Assembly: GCA_900617105.1 (NCBI GenBank)
Contig: UYFQ01000032.1
Location: 434,001-498,000 of the forward strand
Source of the DNA: Hydrurus foetidus
Lineage: Eukaryota
Length of the DNA: 64,000 bases
Direction: 5' to 3'
Of this stretch, positions 1 to 10,470 are shown one piece after another. Numbering within the stretch: position 1 is the first letter of the stretch; each line of letters opens with the position of its first letter. The position numbers were made by a program, and so were the translations under genes. Under the pieces are notes generated by a model. The model saw only the letters and a program-made list of their open reading frames with translations. It was not told where the DNA came from and made no database searches.

Positions 1-582
1 GGCGAGGTTCAGGTCGCTGGGGTTTTGCCGCCATGCGGTGGTGTGGCGGCTGAGTTGCTGGCTGCGCTCGCGCATGGCTTGGGCGGCTTGGTCGTGGCGG
101 GCGAGGATTTCTGGGGAGACGCGTTTGTGGAGCAATTCGGCCCGGCTGGCTTCGAATTCGTTTTGCGCGGTGGCGCTGTCTTCGTCTATGCCGTCCAGGT
201 AGCTTTGCAGGCGTTGCTGTTGCTGGCGCTTTTGTGTCTGGGTTTTACCGGGGCGGGGTTGGCTTGCGGGGCTGGCATCGAGGTTGAGTTCGCGCACCAG
301 TTCGTGGGCGAGTACCAAGCGGCGGCTGGTGCGGTCTGCGGTGCTGGCGTTGTTTTGTGCTTGGGCGGCTTTGCCGCGTTCTATGTCTTGCTGCATGGCG
401 GCAAAGCGGTGCAACTGCGCTTGGGCGCTGGGGTTGAAGGCCGGTGTGCCTTTGTCTTGCGCCAACACACTTAATGGGGCCAGGGCGTTGCACAGCAGCA
501 CTGCTGCCAGCACGCGCGCGACCGGGCGCAGTACCGGATGCCACGGGATCATCGTGTTATCACTTTTCATATGCTCAGCCAT
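1..582 (-). CDS. 5' part of a secreted protein running off the window edge; N-terminus resembles large transglutaminase-domain proteins
   Basis: Not in the ORF track. Open minus-strand frame from ATG 582 (alternatives 570, 552) to position 1: MKSDNTMIPWHPVLRPVARVLAAVLLCNALAPLSVLAQ (signal peptide) ... NEFEASRAELLHKRVSPEILARHDQA. Family call is from recollection only. Confidence 0.55.
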   Translation of the reverse strand, partial: MAEHMKSDNTMIPWHPVLRPVARVLAAVLLCNALAPLSVLAQDKGTPAFNPSAQAQLHRFAAMQQDIERGKAAQAQNNASTADRTSRRLVLAHELVRELNLDASPASQPRPGKTQTQKRQQQQRLQSYLDGIDEDSATAQNEFEASRAELLHKRVSPEILARHDQAAQAMRERSQQLSRHTTAWRQNPSDLNLA

Positions 583-663
583 CCCAACCCCTTGTTTTAA
601 TTTTCTCGGAGCCTTATCAACACACCGATTGATTGCTCACATCAAACTTCTTCTCTATTTCTT

Positions 664-1212
664 CTATTTGGCTTCCGGGGTAGCGGCATCCGCCACTGGC
701 TTCAAAGGCTCAAGCACGCTTTGTGCCGGTGCCTTTTTCATCGCTTCGGCAACGGCGTGCTGTGCCGGGCTCATGCACTCGTCGGCCAGACGTTGGCCCA
801 GCTTTTGGTTCATCAGCATGGATTTGTTGGCGAGTTGCAACCACACGGCACCGGCTTTTTTGTCTTCTAAACGTACAGCACCCGTGGACGTGACCACCGG
901 GAACATGTGGAATTTTTGGCCCTTGGTTTGCACATTGAAGTAACCGGGGTTTTTGGCATCGGCAGCCAGCGTCACGGCAGAACCCAATTCACAAGGCACA
1001 GTGCCCACATGGATGCGCTCGGCAATCGCCAGCTCTTCGGGTGTCAGCGCAGCTTCAGAGGCGGTGATGCCTACGGCCATTTGTTTGGCTTTGCTTTTGG
1101 TTTCAGTGCGGCTCGCTTTGGGGTTGATTTTCTCGTCGCTGTGCTTGGCTGTTTGTGCCATCAACAGGGTGGAAGCGCAGCAGAGCAAGACGGGTAAAAG
1201 CAGTTTTTTCAT
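664..1212 (-). CDS. Exported hypothetical protein (MliC-like fold possible)
   Basis: Signal peptide MKKLLLPVLLCCASTLLMA, conserved-looking core (TSTGAVRLED, WLQLANKSMLMNQKLGQRLADEC), same strand as mdh. Confidence 0.7.
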   Translation of the reverse strand: MKKLLLPVLLCCASTLLMAQTAKHSDEKINPKASRTETKSKAKQMAVGITASEAALTPEELAIAERIHVGTVPCELGSAVTLAADAKNPGYFNVQTKGQKFHMFPVVTSTGAVRLEDKKAGAVWLQLANKSMLMNQKLGQRLADECMSPAQHAVAEAMKKAPAQSVLEPLKPVADAATPEAK

Positions 1213-1266
1213 GTGGGGTTTCCTCGGAATATCTCGGTTGTTATCAAAAAGGACTGAAAAGCAGGG

Positions 1267-2244
1267 CTAGAAGTACGCCAGCGCTTCGGGGGGCAAGGCG
1301 CGGCCGGTTTGGCGGGCGCGTTCCAGCACCTGCCAAAAGTAACGGTAGCTGGCACGGTCTTGCAATTGACCGTTAAAACTGACGGGTGCCCAATCAACAA
1401 CGTCAGCAGCAGCTATGATTTTTGAAGCGAGTTCAATCTCAGCATCACTGGGGGCTAAGGCTTCCAGAATGGGGCGAATCTGGCCGGGGTGGATGCTCCA
1501 CATGCGGGTGTAGCCGAATTCATGGGCGGCACGGGCGGCGGCGTTGCGCATCGCCTGGGGGTCGGTGAACTCTGTGACCACGCAATGCGAGGGCACTTTG
1601 CCGTGCGCGTGGCAAGCAGACGCAATGGCCAATTTGGCACGCACCACCAGCGGGTGGGTGAACTGACCCGCAGACGACATGCCGCTGGAGGGAATCGCAC
1701 CACCGTGGGCAGAGACGAAATCCATCAACCCAAAGCTGAGCGACTGCACGCGGGGGTGGGCTGCAATGTCAAACGCGCGGTGTACCGCTGCCGGGGATTC
1801 AATCAAAACTTGTAGCGGCAAATGGCCAGCAGACGCGCGGTGAAGGGCTTTTTCAGCATAAATCACGTCGTCCACGGACTCGACCTTGGGCACCATGATG
1901 TGTGACAGCTTGTGACCCGCCTGCCCCGCAATGGTGGCGATGTCGGCCTCAAACGCGGGGTGGTCTACCGGGTGGACGCGCACCGCAACGCGGGCGTTGG
2001 GCGCAGCGGCCAGGGCCAAACTGACGACCAGCGCGGCGTGGTCGGCTTCGCCACCCACGGGTGCACCGTCTTCGCAGTCCAGCGACACATCAAAAACGCA
2101 GGTGCCGAACTCTTCGGTCATCTCAGCCTGCAACTGCAGGCTTTTACGCATCCGCGCTTCAACGCCGCTGTAGTGGTCGCAAACGGGCAAAAAATGGGCC
2201 GCAGCTTGCGCACCAAGCAGAATTTCGCGTGGATGCTTTTTCAT
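1267..2244 (-). CDS. HpcH/HpaI aldolase / citrate lyase beta-like protein
   Basis: LDCEDG, VPKVES, LIES, FGLMDF and WSIHPGQI motifs; usual neighbour of mdh in betaproteobacteria. Confidence 0.88.
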   Translation of the reverse strand: MKKHPREILLGAQAAAHFLPVCDHYSGVEARMRKSLQLQAEMTEEFGTCVFDVSLDCEDGAPVGGEADHAALVVSLALAAAPNARVAVRVHPVDHPAFEADIATIAGQAGHKLSHIMVPKVESVDDVIYAEKALHRASAGHLPLQVLIESPAAVHRAFDIAAHPRVQSLSFGLMDFVSAHGGAIPSSGMSSAGQFTHPLVVRAKLAIASACHAHGKVPSHCVVTEFTDPQAMRNAAARAAHEFGYTRMWSIHPGQIRPILEALAPSDAEIELASKIIAAADVVDWAPVSFNGQLQDRASYRYFWQVLERARQTGRALPPEALAYF

Positions 2245-2259
2245 GTTGACGTCTGAAAA

Positions 2260-3249
2260 TTAAGGCAGCAGGTGAGCGACGCCAGCTTGCTCGTCTTGCA
2301 ACTCTTTCAGCGTCACATTGATGCGCTCTTGCGAGAAAGCGTCAACTTCCAGGCCTTCAACCAGTTTGTATTCGCCGCCTTCACAGGTCACGGCAAAACC
2401 GAACATGGTGTCTTTGGGGATGCCGTACTGGCCGTCCGATGGGATACCCATCGTGACCCATTTGCCGTTGGTGCCCAAGGCCCAATCGCGCATGTGGTCG
2501 ATGGCGGCATTGGCTGCCGATGCGGCGGAAGACACACCGCGTGCGGCGATGATGGCCGCGCCGCGCTTGCCGACGGTGGGCAAGAAGGTGTTGGCATTCC
2601 ATTCCTGATCGTTGATCATGGTCTTGACGCTTTCGCCGTTGATGGTGGCGAAACGGTAGTCAGCGTACATGGTGGGCGAATGGTTGCCCCAGACGGTCAA
2701 CTTTTCAATATCGGCCACAGCTTTGCCTGTTTTAGCGGCAATTTGGCTCAAAGCACGGTTGTGGTCGAGGCGCAACATGGCGGTGAAGTTCTTGCGTGGC
2801 AGATCAGGCGCGCTCTTCATGGCGATGTAAGCGTTGGTGTTGGCTGGGTTGCCAACCACCAACACCTTGACATTGCGGCTGGCCACAGCGTTCAAAGCCT
2901 TACCTTGGGCGGTGAAAATTTCAGCGTTAACGGCGAGCAGCTCAGCACGCTCCATGCCAGGGCCGCGAGGACGTGAACCGATCAGCAGCGCGTAGTCCAC
3001 ATCTTTGAACGCTGTCATCGGATCGCCGTGGGCTTCCATGCCCACGAGCAAGGGGAAAGCGCAATCTTGCAATTCCATCATCACGCCGGCAAGCGCTTGC
3101 TGGGGCTTTTCCATGGGGACTTCCAGCAATTGCAGGATGACCGGCTGGTCAATGCCTAGCATTTCGCCTGAGGCGATACGGAACAGAATGGCGTAACCAA
3201 TTTGACCGGCGGCACCGGTAACAGCGACGCGAACAGGCTTCTTGCTCAT
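2260..3249 (-). CDS. mdh: Malate dehydrogenase
   Basis: [34 protein letters not shown]. Confidence 0.98.
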   Translation of the reverse strand: MSKKPVRVAVTGAAGQIGYAILFRIASGEMLGIDQPVILQLLEVPMEKPQQALAGVMMELQDCAFPLLVGMEAHGDPMTAFKDVDYALLIGSRPRGPGMERAELLAVNAEIFTAQGKALNAVASRNVKVLVVGNPANTNAYIAMKSAPDLPRKNFTAMLRLDHNRALSQIAAKTGKAVADIEKLTVWGNHSPTMYADYRFATINGESVKTMINDQEWNANTFLPTVGKRGAAIIAARGVSSAASAANAAIDHMRDWALGTNGKWVTMGIPSDGQYGIPKDTMFGFAVTCEGGEYKLVEGLEVDAFSQERINVTLKELQDEQAGVAHLLP

Positions 3250-3388
3250 GGGAAAACTCCAGGGAAGTGAATGAAAAGGAAATCTACAGGGAGGTGATCT
3301 GACAACACGGGCCCGTTCACTGTGTGAGGGTTAATGCTGTATCTATGGCGGAAAATTTTACTCCCAAAAGGCGGTTGAAGGTAAATCG

Positions 3389-3414
3389 TCTTATGTCTTA
3401 TATAAGATATGATC
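3389..3414. promoter_or_regulatory. Palindromic operator, SdhR (GntR/HutC) type, between divergent mdh and gntR
   Basis: TCTTATGTCTTATATAAGATAT with near-perfect core palindrome ATGTCTTATATAAGATAT; resembles the betaproteobacterial SdhR motif as I recall it. Confidence 0.75.
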
Positions 3415-3420
3415 CGGCGC

Positions 3421-4251
3421 ATGGCAGCCACCCCTCTTTTTGCGGAAAACAACGCTCTGGAAAACACCAGCAGCGTGGGTGCGCCACCCACGGCACTCGC
3501 CTCAGCAGCATCAACCCTCAGCGCCACACCGGCGTTCAGTCCGCTTTACCAACAAATCAAAAGTTTGATTTTGCAGAGCCTGCACAAGGGCGAGTGGAAG
3601 CCGGGCGAGGCCATCCCCAGTGAGATGGATTTGGCTGTGCGTTTTCGCGTCAGTCAAGGTACGGTGCGCAAGGCGATTGACGAATTGGCAGCTGAAAACC
3701 TGGTGGTACGCCGCCAAGGCAAAGGCACTTACGTGGCCACCCACGCCGAAAGCCAGGTGCAGTACCGGTTTTTGAAGCTGTTGCCTGACAACGGCGATGT
3801 GAACAGCGAAGGCCCGGCTGAGCGTACCATCATCGACTGCAAACGCCAGCGCGCCACGGCCGAAGTGGCACGGGCGCTGTGCTTGCACACTGGCGACGCG
3901 GTTTTGCAGGTGCGCCGGGTGCTGTCTTTTTCGCACATACCCACTATTCTGGAAGATTTATGGCTGCCCGGTGGCCCGTTCAAAGGCTTGACGGCTGAGC
4001 GCCTCACGGATGATCGGGGGCCGATGTACGCGCTGTTTGAAGCCGAATTTGGTGTGCGCATGGTGCGGGCGGAAGAAAAAATTCGCGCTGTACTGCCTGA
4101 CGCAGCACAATCTTCGCTCCTGAAAGTAGAGCAAACAACGCCGCTACTGAGCGTAGAACGGGTTGCTTTCACCTACAACGGCATTCCCATGGAACTGCGC
4201 CGCGGCCTTTACCGCACCGATACGCACCACTACCGCAATGAACTGAACTGA
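3421..4251 (+). CDS. GntR/HutC-family regulator (SdhR-like)
   Basis: wHTH PLYQQIK...IPSEMDLA...VSQGTVRKAI...RRQGKGTYV plus UTRA C-terminus; upstream of sdhC. Confidence 0.93.
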   Translation: MAATPLFAENNALENTSSVGAPPTALASAASTLSATPAFSPLYQQIKSLILQSLHKGEWKPGEAIPSEMDLAVRFRVSQGTVRKAIDELAAENLVVRRQGKGTYVATHAESQVQYRFLKLLPDNGDVNSEGPAERTIIDCKRQRATAEVARALCLHTGDAVLQVRRVLSFSHIPTILEDLWLPGGPFKGLTAERLTDDRGPMYALFEAEFGVRMVRAEEKIRAVLPDAAQSSLLKVEQTTPLLSVERVAFTYNGIPMELRRGLYRTDTHHYRNELN

Positions 4252-4405
4252 ACACACCGAAATCGTCAGCCCACAGCCAGCTAACGCACGCAAAATCATC
4301 AAAATTCACAACAAGGCGACGGTTCATGCTGCGTTGCAATAGAATTTTAGGTTGTTGGCATTTCCCAATTACAAAGCGGTTACATCCCCCACGAAGGCAC
4401 AACAC

Positions 4406-4852
4406 ATGACAGAGTTAGCAAATCCCCATAAAGCGAAGCGGCCAGAGTTCCGCAATTTGAACGTCTTTACCGACCTTCCCGGCTACCGTTTGCCCGTTGC
4501 GGGCATCGTTTCCATCTTGCACCGCATCAGCGGTTTCATCATGTTTTTGCTGATGCCATTCATCATTTGGATGTTTGACACCTCGGTGTCGTCGGAGTAT
4601 TCGTTCGCCAAGTTCAAAGCCGCGTTCAACGTCGGTATCGGTTATGCCCCGGGTTGGTTTATTAAATTGGTGGCACTTGCACTGATTTGGGCTTACCTGC
4701 ACCACTTTATTGCAGGCATACGCCACCTGTGGATGGACGTGAGCCACGCAGCGGTAAGCAAAGAATTCGGCAAGTCGTCGGCTACGGTCACGCTGGCGCT
4801 GAGCATTGGCCTCACCGCCGTGCTGGCGGCCAAGCTGTTCGGTCTTTATTAA
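4406..4852 (+). CDS. sdhC: Succinate dehydrogenase cytochrome b556 subunit
   Basis: SILHRISG, HHFIAGIRHLWMD, three TM segments. Confidence 0.96.
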   Translation: MTELANPHKAKRPEFRNLNVFTDLPGYRLPVAGIVSILHRISGFIMFLLMPFIIWMFDTSVSSEYSFAKFKAAFNVGIGYAPGWFIKLVALALIWAYLHHFIAGIRHLWMDVSHAAVSKEFGKSSATVTLALSIGLTAVLAAKLFGLY

Positions 4853-4869
4853 TTTCAGGAGCACATCAA

Positions 4870-5238
4870 ATGGCAGTGAATTACGGCTCCAAGCGCATCG
4901 TTACCGGTGCCCACTACGGTTTACGCGACTGGCTGGCTCAGCGCGTCACAGCGGGCATCATGGCCCTGTTTACGGTGATTTTGCTGGCCCAAGTCGTGTT
5001 CAGCAAAGGCCCGATCAGCTACGAAAAATGGGCAGGCATCTTCTCAGGTCAAGCCATGAAAGCACTGACCTTTGCCGTCATCGTCGCCCTGCTCTACCAC
5101 GTGTGGATCGGTATGCGCGACATTTGGATGGATTACGTTACCTCGTCTGTCGCAGCACGTTTGCTGTTGCAAGTTTTTACCCTCGTTTGGTTGGTTGCCT
5201 GTGCTGGCTGGGCCATCCAGGTGCTGTGGCGCCTGTAA
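4870..5238 (+). CDS. sdhD: Succinate dehydrogenase membrane anchor
   Basis: GAHYGLRDWLAQRVTA, HVWIGMRDIWMDY; RBS AGGAG before ATG 4870. Confidence 0.96.
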   Translation: MAVNYGSKRIVTGAHYGLRDWLAQRVTAGIMALFTVILLAQVVFSKGPISYEKWAGIFSGQAMKALTFAVIVALLYHVWIGMRDIWMDYVTSSVAARLLLQVFTLVWLVACAGWAIQVLWRL

Positions 5239-5294
5239 GTGCCGAATAAGCAAGTAACAACTCCTCTCAAGCGACTCCACCAGGCAAAAAATAA

Positions 5295-7097
5295 ATGAGC
5301 TATTCCAAGTCCAATATCACCAAGCGCAAATTTGACGTCATCATCGTCGGGGCCGGTGGCTCCGGTATGCGTGCATCTTTGCAACTGGCCCGCGCGGGTC
5401 TGAACGTGGCCGTGCTGTCCAAAGTGTTTCCTACCCGCTCGCACACCGTGGCAGCGCAAGGCGGCATAGGTGCCTCTTTGGGCAACATGTCCGAAGACAA
5501 CTGGCACTTCCACTTTTACGATACCGTCAAAGGCTCCGACTGGCTTGGCGACCAAGATGCGATCGAATTCATGTGTCGTGAAGCCCCCAAGGTCGTGTAC
5601 GACCTGGAGCACATGGGCATGCCGTTTGACCGCAACCCTGACGGCACGATCTACCAACGCCCGTTCGGCGGCCACACCGCCAACTACGGCGAAAAGCCAG
5701 TGCAACGCGCCTGCGCTGCCGCTGACCGTACCGGCCACGCCATGCTGCACACGCTGTACCAGCAAAACGTCAAAGCCAAAACCAGCTTCTTCGTCGAATG
5801 GATGGCACTGGATTTGATCCGTGACCAAGAGGGCGATGTGGTCGGTGTGACCGCTTTGGAAATGGAAACCGGCGACCTGCACATTTTGCAAGCCAAAACC
5901 GTGCTGCTGGCTACTGGTGGCGCTGGTCGTATTTTTGCGGCATCCACCAATGCCTTCATCAACACCGGTGACGGCTTGGGCATGGCAGCACGCGCTGGCG
6001 TGCCTTTGCAAGACATGGAGTTCTGGCAATTTCACCCCACTGGCGTGGCAGGTGCGGGCGTGCTGCTCACCGAAGGTTGCCGTGGCGAAGGCGCTATTTT
6101 GGTCAACAGCAATGGCGAACGTTTCATGGAACGCTACGCCCCTACGCTGAAAGATTTGGCCCCGCGCGATTTCGTGTCCCGCTGCATGGACCAAGAAATC
6201 AAAGAAGGCCGTGGTTGCGGCCCGAACAAAGACTATGTGCTGCTGAAACTTGACCATCTAGGCGCAGAAACCATTCACAAACGCCTGCCTTCGGTGTACG
6301 AGATTGGTGTGAATTTCGCCAACGTGGATGTCACCAAAGAGCCCATTCCCGTGGTGCCTACCATCCATTACCAAATGGGCGGTATCCCTACCAATGTGAA
6401 TGGTCAGGTGGTCGTGCAAGCCAATGGCGTACACAACCAAGTGGTGAATGGCTTGTACGCGGTGGGCGAATGCTCTTGCGTCAGCGTCCATGGTGCCAAC
6501 CGTTTGGGTACCAATTCGTTGCTCGATTTGCTGGTGTTTGGCCGCGCTGCGGGCAACCACATTGTCGAATTCAACAACAAAGCCAAAAACCACAAAGATT
6601 TGCCCGCCGATGCCGCTGACCAGTCGCTGGAACGCTTGAACCGTCTGGACAACGCCAGCAGCACCGGCGAATACGCCCAAAACGTAGCGAACGACATCCG
6701 CGCCGCCATGCAGTTGCACGCAGGCGTGTTCCGCAAGCAGGCTACGTTGGACGAAGGCGTGGTGAAGATTGCTGCATTGCGTGAGCGCGTGAACACCATC
6801 GGGCTGAAAGACCAGTCCAAAGTCTTCAACACCGCCCGCATTGAAGCATTGGAAGTTGAAAACTTGATCGAAGCGGCCCAAGCCACTATCGTATCCGCCG
6901 CCGCCCGTCATGAAAGCCGTGGTGCCCACACCGTGGACGATTACGCCGACAGCGCTGAATTCCCCAATGGCCGTAACGACAAAGAGTGGCACAAGCACAC
7001 GCTGTGGCACGCAGGCAGTAACTCGCTGACCTACAAGCCCGTCAACATGACGCCGCTGACGGTGGAAAGCGTACCCCTCAAGGTACGTACGTTCTAA
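5295..7097 (+). CDS. sdhA: Succinate dehydrogenase flavoprotein
   Basis: GAGGSG, RSHTVAAQGG, VHGANRLG. Confidence 0.99.
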   Translation: MSYSKSNITKRKFDVIIVGAGGSGMRASLQLARAGLNVAVLSKVFPTRSHTVAAQGGIGASLGNMSEDNWHFHFYDTVKGSDWLGDQDAIEFMCREAPKVVYDLEHMGMPFDRNPDGTIYQRPFGGHTANYGEKPVQRACAAADRTGHAMLHTLYQQNVKAKTSFFVEWMALDLIRDQEGDVVGVTALEMETGDLHILQAKTVLLATGGAGRIFAASTNAFINTGDGLGMAARAGVPLQDMEFWQFHPTGVAGAGVLLTEGCRGEGAILVNSNGERFMERYAPTLKDLAPRDFVSRCMDQEIKEGRGCGPNKDYVLLKLDHLGAETIHKRLPSVYEIGVNFANVDVTKEPIPVVPTIHYQMGGIPTNVNGQVVVQANGVHNQVVNGLYAVGECSCVSVHGANRLGTNSLLDLLVFGRAAGNHIVEFNNKAKNHKDLPADAADQSLERLNRLDNASSTGEYAQNVANDIRAAMQLHAGVFRKQATLDEGVVKIAALRERVNTIGLKDQSKVFNTARIEALEVENLIEAAQATIVSAAARHESRGAHTVDDYADSAEFPNGRNDKEWHKHTLWHAGSNSLTYKPVNMTPLTVESVPLKVRTF

Positions 7098-7163
7098 GAG
7101 CCTCAAAATCTTTGAAGAACCTTTCACCCCTCGCCCCACAACAACTCCAAACCGGCCATCACG

Positions 7164-7865
7164 ATGAAACGCACTTTCAACATTTACCGCTACGACCCGG
7201 ACATTGATGCCAAGCCTTACATGCAGACCATCGAAGTCGAACTCGATGGCCATGAGCGCATGTTGCTCGATGCCTTGATGAAACTCAAGGAGCAAGACCC
7301 CACCATCTCTTTCCGCCGCTCATGCCGCGAAGGCGTGTGTGGTTCGGACGCGATGAATATCAACGGCAAAAACGGTCTGGCTTGCCTGACCAACATGCTG
7401 ACGCTGCCCGGTGTCATCACCCTGAAGCCCTTGCCCGGCCTGCCTGTGATCCGCGATTTGATCGTGGACATGACGCAGTTTTTCAAGCAGTACAACTCCA
7501 TCAAGCCTTACTTGGTGAACGACAACGTACCGCCTGAAAAAGAGCGCTTGCAGTCGCCTGAAGAGCGTGAAGAGCTGGACGGTCTGTACGAGTGCATCTT
7601 GTGCGCCAGTTGCTCCACCAGCTGCCCCAGCTTTTGGTGGAACCCCGACAAATTCGTCGGCCCTGCAGGCCTGTTGCAAGCCTACCGCTTCATCGCAGAC
7701 AGCCGCGACGAAGACACTGCGGCCCGCCTGGACAACCTGGAAGACCCGTATCGTTTGTTCCGCTGCCACACCATCATGAACTGTGTTGACGTGTGCCCTA
7801 AGAACCTGAACCCTACCAAGGCGATTGGCAAGATCAAAGAAATGATGGTGATGCGCGCCATCTAA
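7164..7865 (+). CDS. sdhB: Succinate dehydrogenase iron-sulfur subunit
   Basis: [34 protein letters not shown]. Confidence 0.99.
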   Translation: MKRTFNIYRYDPDIDAKPYMQTIEVELDGHERMLLDALMKLKEQDPTISFRRSCREGVCGSDAMNINGKNGLACLTNMLTLPGVITLKPLPGLPVIRDLIVDMTQFFKQYNSIKPYLVNDNVPPEKERLQSPEEREELDGLYECILCASCSTSCPSFWWNPDKFVGPAGLLQAYRFIADSRDEDTAARLDNLEDPYRLFRCHTIMNCVDVCPKNLNPTKAIGKIKEMMVMRAI

Positions 7866-7904
7866 GCGCACACCCTTGAAACCTTTGGATCCGACATAAA
7901 CCCG

Positions 7905-8243
7905 ATGAATGAAGACGCTTTCACCGAAGTGAACTCCACCGCTGATGCCGACTGGCTCAGCGTGGGAGACGCGACTCAACCGTTAAGCGCTCGTGATTTG
8001 AGCAAACTGCGCTGGCGCTGCCGCCGTGGCCTGTTGGAAAACGACCTTTTCATTGAACGGTTTTTCAAGCGGCACGAATTTGGCTTAACCCTGGGGCACG
8101 CCAGAGCTTTGAATGTACTGATGGATTTGTCGGACAACGACCTGATGGACTTGCTGCTCTGCCGCAAGGAGCCTGATGTTGTTTCAGGAACAACGAACGC
8201 AAGCGCGGCAGTTTTGGACGTGTTGAAGATGCTGAGAACCTGA
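7905..8243 (+). CDS. sdhE: FAD assembly factor
   Basis: LRWRCRRGLLENDL motif; position between sdhB and gltA. Confidence 0.93.
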   Translation: MNEDAFTEVNSTADADWLSVGDATQPLSARDLSKLRWRCRRGLLENDLFIERFFKRHEFGLTLGHARALNVLMDLSDNDLMDLLLCRKEPDVVSGTTNASAAVLDVLKMLRT

Positions 8244-8280
8244 AGCCGTACCGCCGCAGGGGCGTGGCTTCAGGTTTTGA
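8237..8280 (+). terminator. Stem-loop between sdhE and gltA
   Basis: AACCTGAAGCC (8237-8247) pairs with GGCTTCAGGTT (8266-8276); only a short T run follows. Confidence 0.5.
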
Positions 8281-8319
8281 TTCCCCTATTTGATAGTCAA
8301 TTAACGAGGAAACGAAACC

Positions 8320-9408
8320 ATGAAACTTGCAGACAACAAAGCCACGCTGTCCTTCAGCAATGGCGCACCCAATGTGGAACTCCCGGTTTACCAAGGCTCC
8401 ATCGGGCCTGAAGTGATCGACATCCGTAAGCTCTATGCCCAAACCGGCATGTTCACTTACGATCCAGGCTTCTTGTCCACGGCATCTTGCCAGTCCGCCA
8501 TCACCTACATCGACGGCGACAAAGGCGAGTTGCTGTACCGTGGTCACCCGATTGAGCAGCTGGCGCAAAACTGCGATTTCCTGGAAACTTGCCATTTGCT
8601 GTTGTACGGCAACTTGCCTAACGCAGCACAAAAAGTAGACTTCACCTCGCGCGTGACCAACCACACGATGGTCAATGAGCAGATGCAATTCTTCTTGCGT
8701 GGCTTCCGCCGCGATGCCCATCCGATGGCCATCATGACCGGCTTGGTTGGCGCACTGTCGGCGTTCTACCATGACAGCACCGATATCAACAACCCTGAGC
8801 ACCGCGACATTGCAGCGATCCGTTTGATCGCCAAAATGCCCACCCTGGTGGCGATGGCGTACAAGTACAGCGCAGGCCAGCCCTTCATGTACCCCAAGAA
8901 TTCACTGAGCTACTCAGGCAACTTCTTGCACATGATGTTCGCTACACCTTGCGAAGAGTACACCGTGAACCCTGTGCTTGAAAAAGCCCTGGACCGCATC
9001 TTCATCTTGCACGCTGACCACGAGCAAAACGCCTCCACATCTACCGTGCGCTTGTGCGGCAGCTCGGGCACCAATCCCTTTGCAGCCATCGCAGCAGGTG
9101 TAGCCTGCCTGTGGGGCCCCGCACACGGCGGTGCCAACGAAGCCGCTTTGAAGATGTTGACCGATATCCAAAAATCGGGTGGCGTAGAAAAAATTGGCGA
9201 GTTCATCAAACAAGTCAAAGACAAAAACTCAACCGTCAAGTTAATGGGTTTTGGTCACCGCGTGTACAAAAACTACGACCCGCGCGCCAAGCTGATGCAA
9301 GAAACCTGCAAAGAAGTGCTGACCACGCTGGGCCTGGAAAACGACCCGCTGTTCAAGTTGGCGATGGCTTTGGAAAAAATTGCCTTGGAAGACGACTACT
9401 TCGTCTCG

Positions 9409-9447
<39 letters not shown>

Positions 9448-9630
9448 GTCCAGCGTGCCATCGGCATCCCCACCTCACTGTTCACCGCAGTGTTCGCTTT
9501 GGCCCGCACCGTGGGCTGGATCGCGCAATTGAACGAGATGATCGGCGACCCTGAGTACAAAATTGGCCGTCCACGCCAGTTGTTCACAGGCTCCGATCGC
9601 CGGGATGTTTTGCCGATTGCACAGCGCTAA
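8320..9630 (+). CDS. gltA: Citrate synthase (type II)
   Basis: [36 protein letters not shown]. Confidence 0.99.
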
Positions 9631-9673
9631 TCCGCTAAAAGATATCACTCAGCCTTAAGGCTGTAAGCTGTTG

Positions 9674-9711
9674 AGCCCGTTGAATGGAAGCATCAACGGG
9701 CTTTTTACTTT
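9674..9711 (+). terminator. Intrinsic terminator after gltA
   Basis: AGCCCGTTGA / TCAACGGGCT stem followed by TTTTACTTT. Confidence 0.85.
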
Positions 9712-9721
9712 ATGAAATGCT

Positions 9722-10318
9722 ATGAAAACTGCACTGATACTCACCATCATGTCGATGTCCATGCTTGCGTGTACATCAGGATCTTCTCCCATATGGCACA
9801 CTGAATTGCCTACAACAGGGGGCAACCTAGGTGTCGTGATTCCATTAAAGAACCCCTCTTTCTTGGCTAATACACAAGGTGAAATCACCGATTGGTCGGG
9901 ACTAGAACACTCAAAAGGTGAGTCATATACTTTCGTAGCGGATACTGATGTGGCCTACTCAAAACCCAGTAGCGCACGCATTCGACGTCATGGGGATGAA
10001 ATTTTTGGCTTACTGGCTCAAACGATTCGAATTCAACCCGAATGGCTCAATAAGAAACTGCGGCTTTCAGGTTATTTGAAAACAGAAAAAGTGGATGGCA
10101 CTGGAGGTACCCTGGTACTTCAAACTACGGGTGGTGGCGGAAATGTATTGACACATAACCCTATGGACACCCACCGCATCAAAGGCAATCAACCCTGGAG
10201 GGCCTATGCCGTGGAAATTTCAATTCCTGCTAATGCCTATTTTATTCGGGTAGGTGCTCTGCTGGAAGACGGCGGCACACTGTGGGCAGATGACTTGAAA
10301 TTGGAATTGATCGACTGA
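9722..10318 (+). CDS. Hypothetical exported/lipoprotein with carbohydrate-binding-module-like beta-sandwich
   Basis: Hydrophobic N-terminus ending in LAC; KLRLSGYLKT...W..Y.VEISIP...GTLWADDLKLE pattern; visibly AT-richer than flanks. Confidence 0.65.
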   Translation: MKTALILTIMSMSMLACTSGSSPIWHTELPTTGGNLGVVIPLKNPSFLANTQGEITDWSGLEHSKGESYTFVADTDVAYSKPSSARIRRHGDEIFGLLAQTIRIQPEWLNKKLRLSGYLKTEKVDGTGGTLVLQTTGGGGNVLTHNPMDTHRIKGNQPWRAYAVEISIPANAYFIRVGALLEDGGTLWADDLKLELID

Positions 10319-10368
10319 TTGGTACGCCAATACAGTGCTTGGCTTACGGGGTTGTGCACGATACCCAC

Positions 10369-10436
10369 CATCGCCATTCAAGATGACAAGGCCACTGCAA
10401 AAGGAAGAAAATACCAACCCATCTTGCACGGCGATG
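10369..10436. promoter_or_regulatory. Pair of LysR-type boxes (CATC-N9-GATG)
   Basis: CATCGCCATTCAAGATG (10369-10385) and CATCTTGCACGGCGATG (10420-10436) are 15/17 reverse complements, each with a T-N11-A core. Confidence 0.6.
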
Positions 10437-10470
10437 ACTCAACCCTGAATGTCTCGCACGTTAACCTTCC

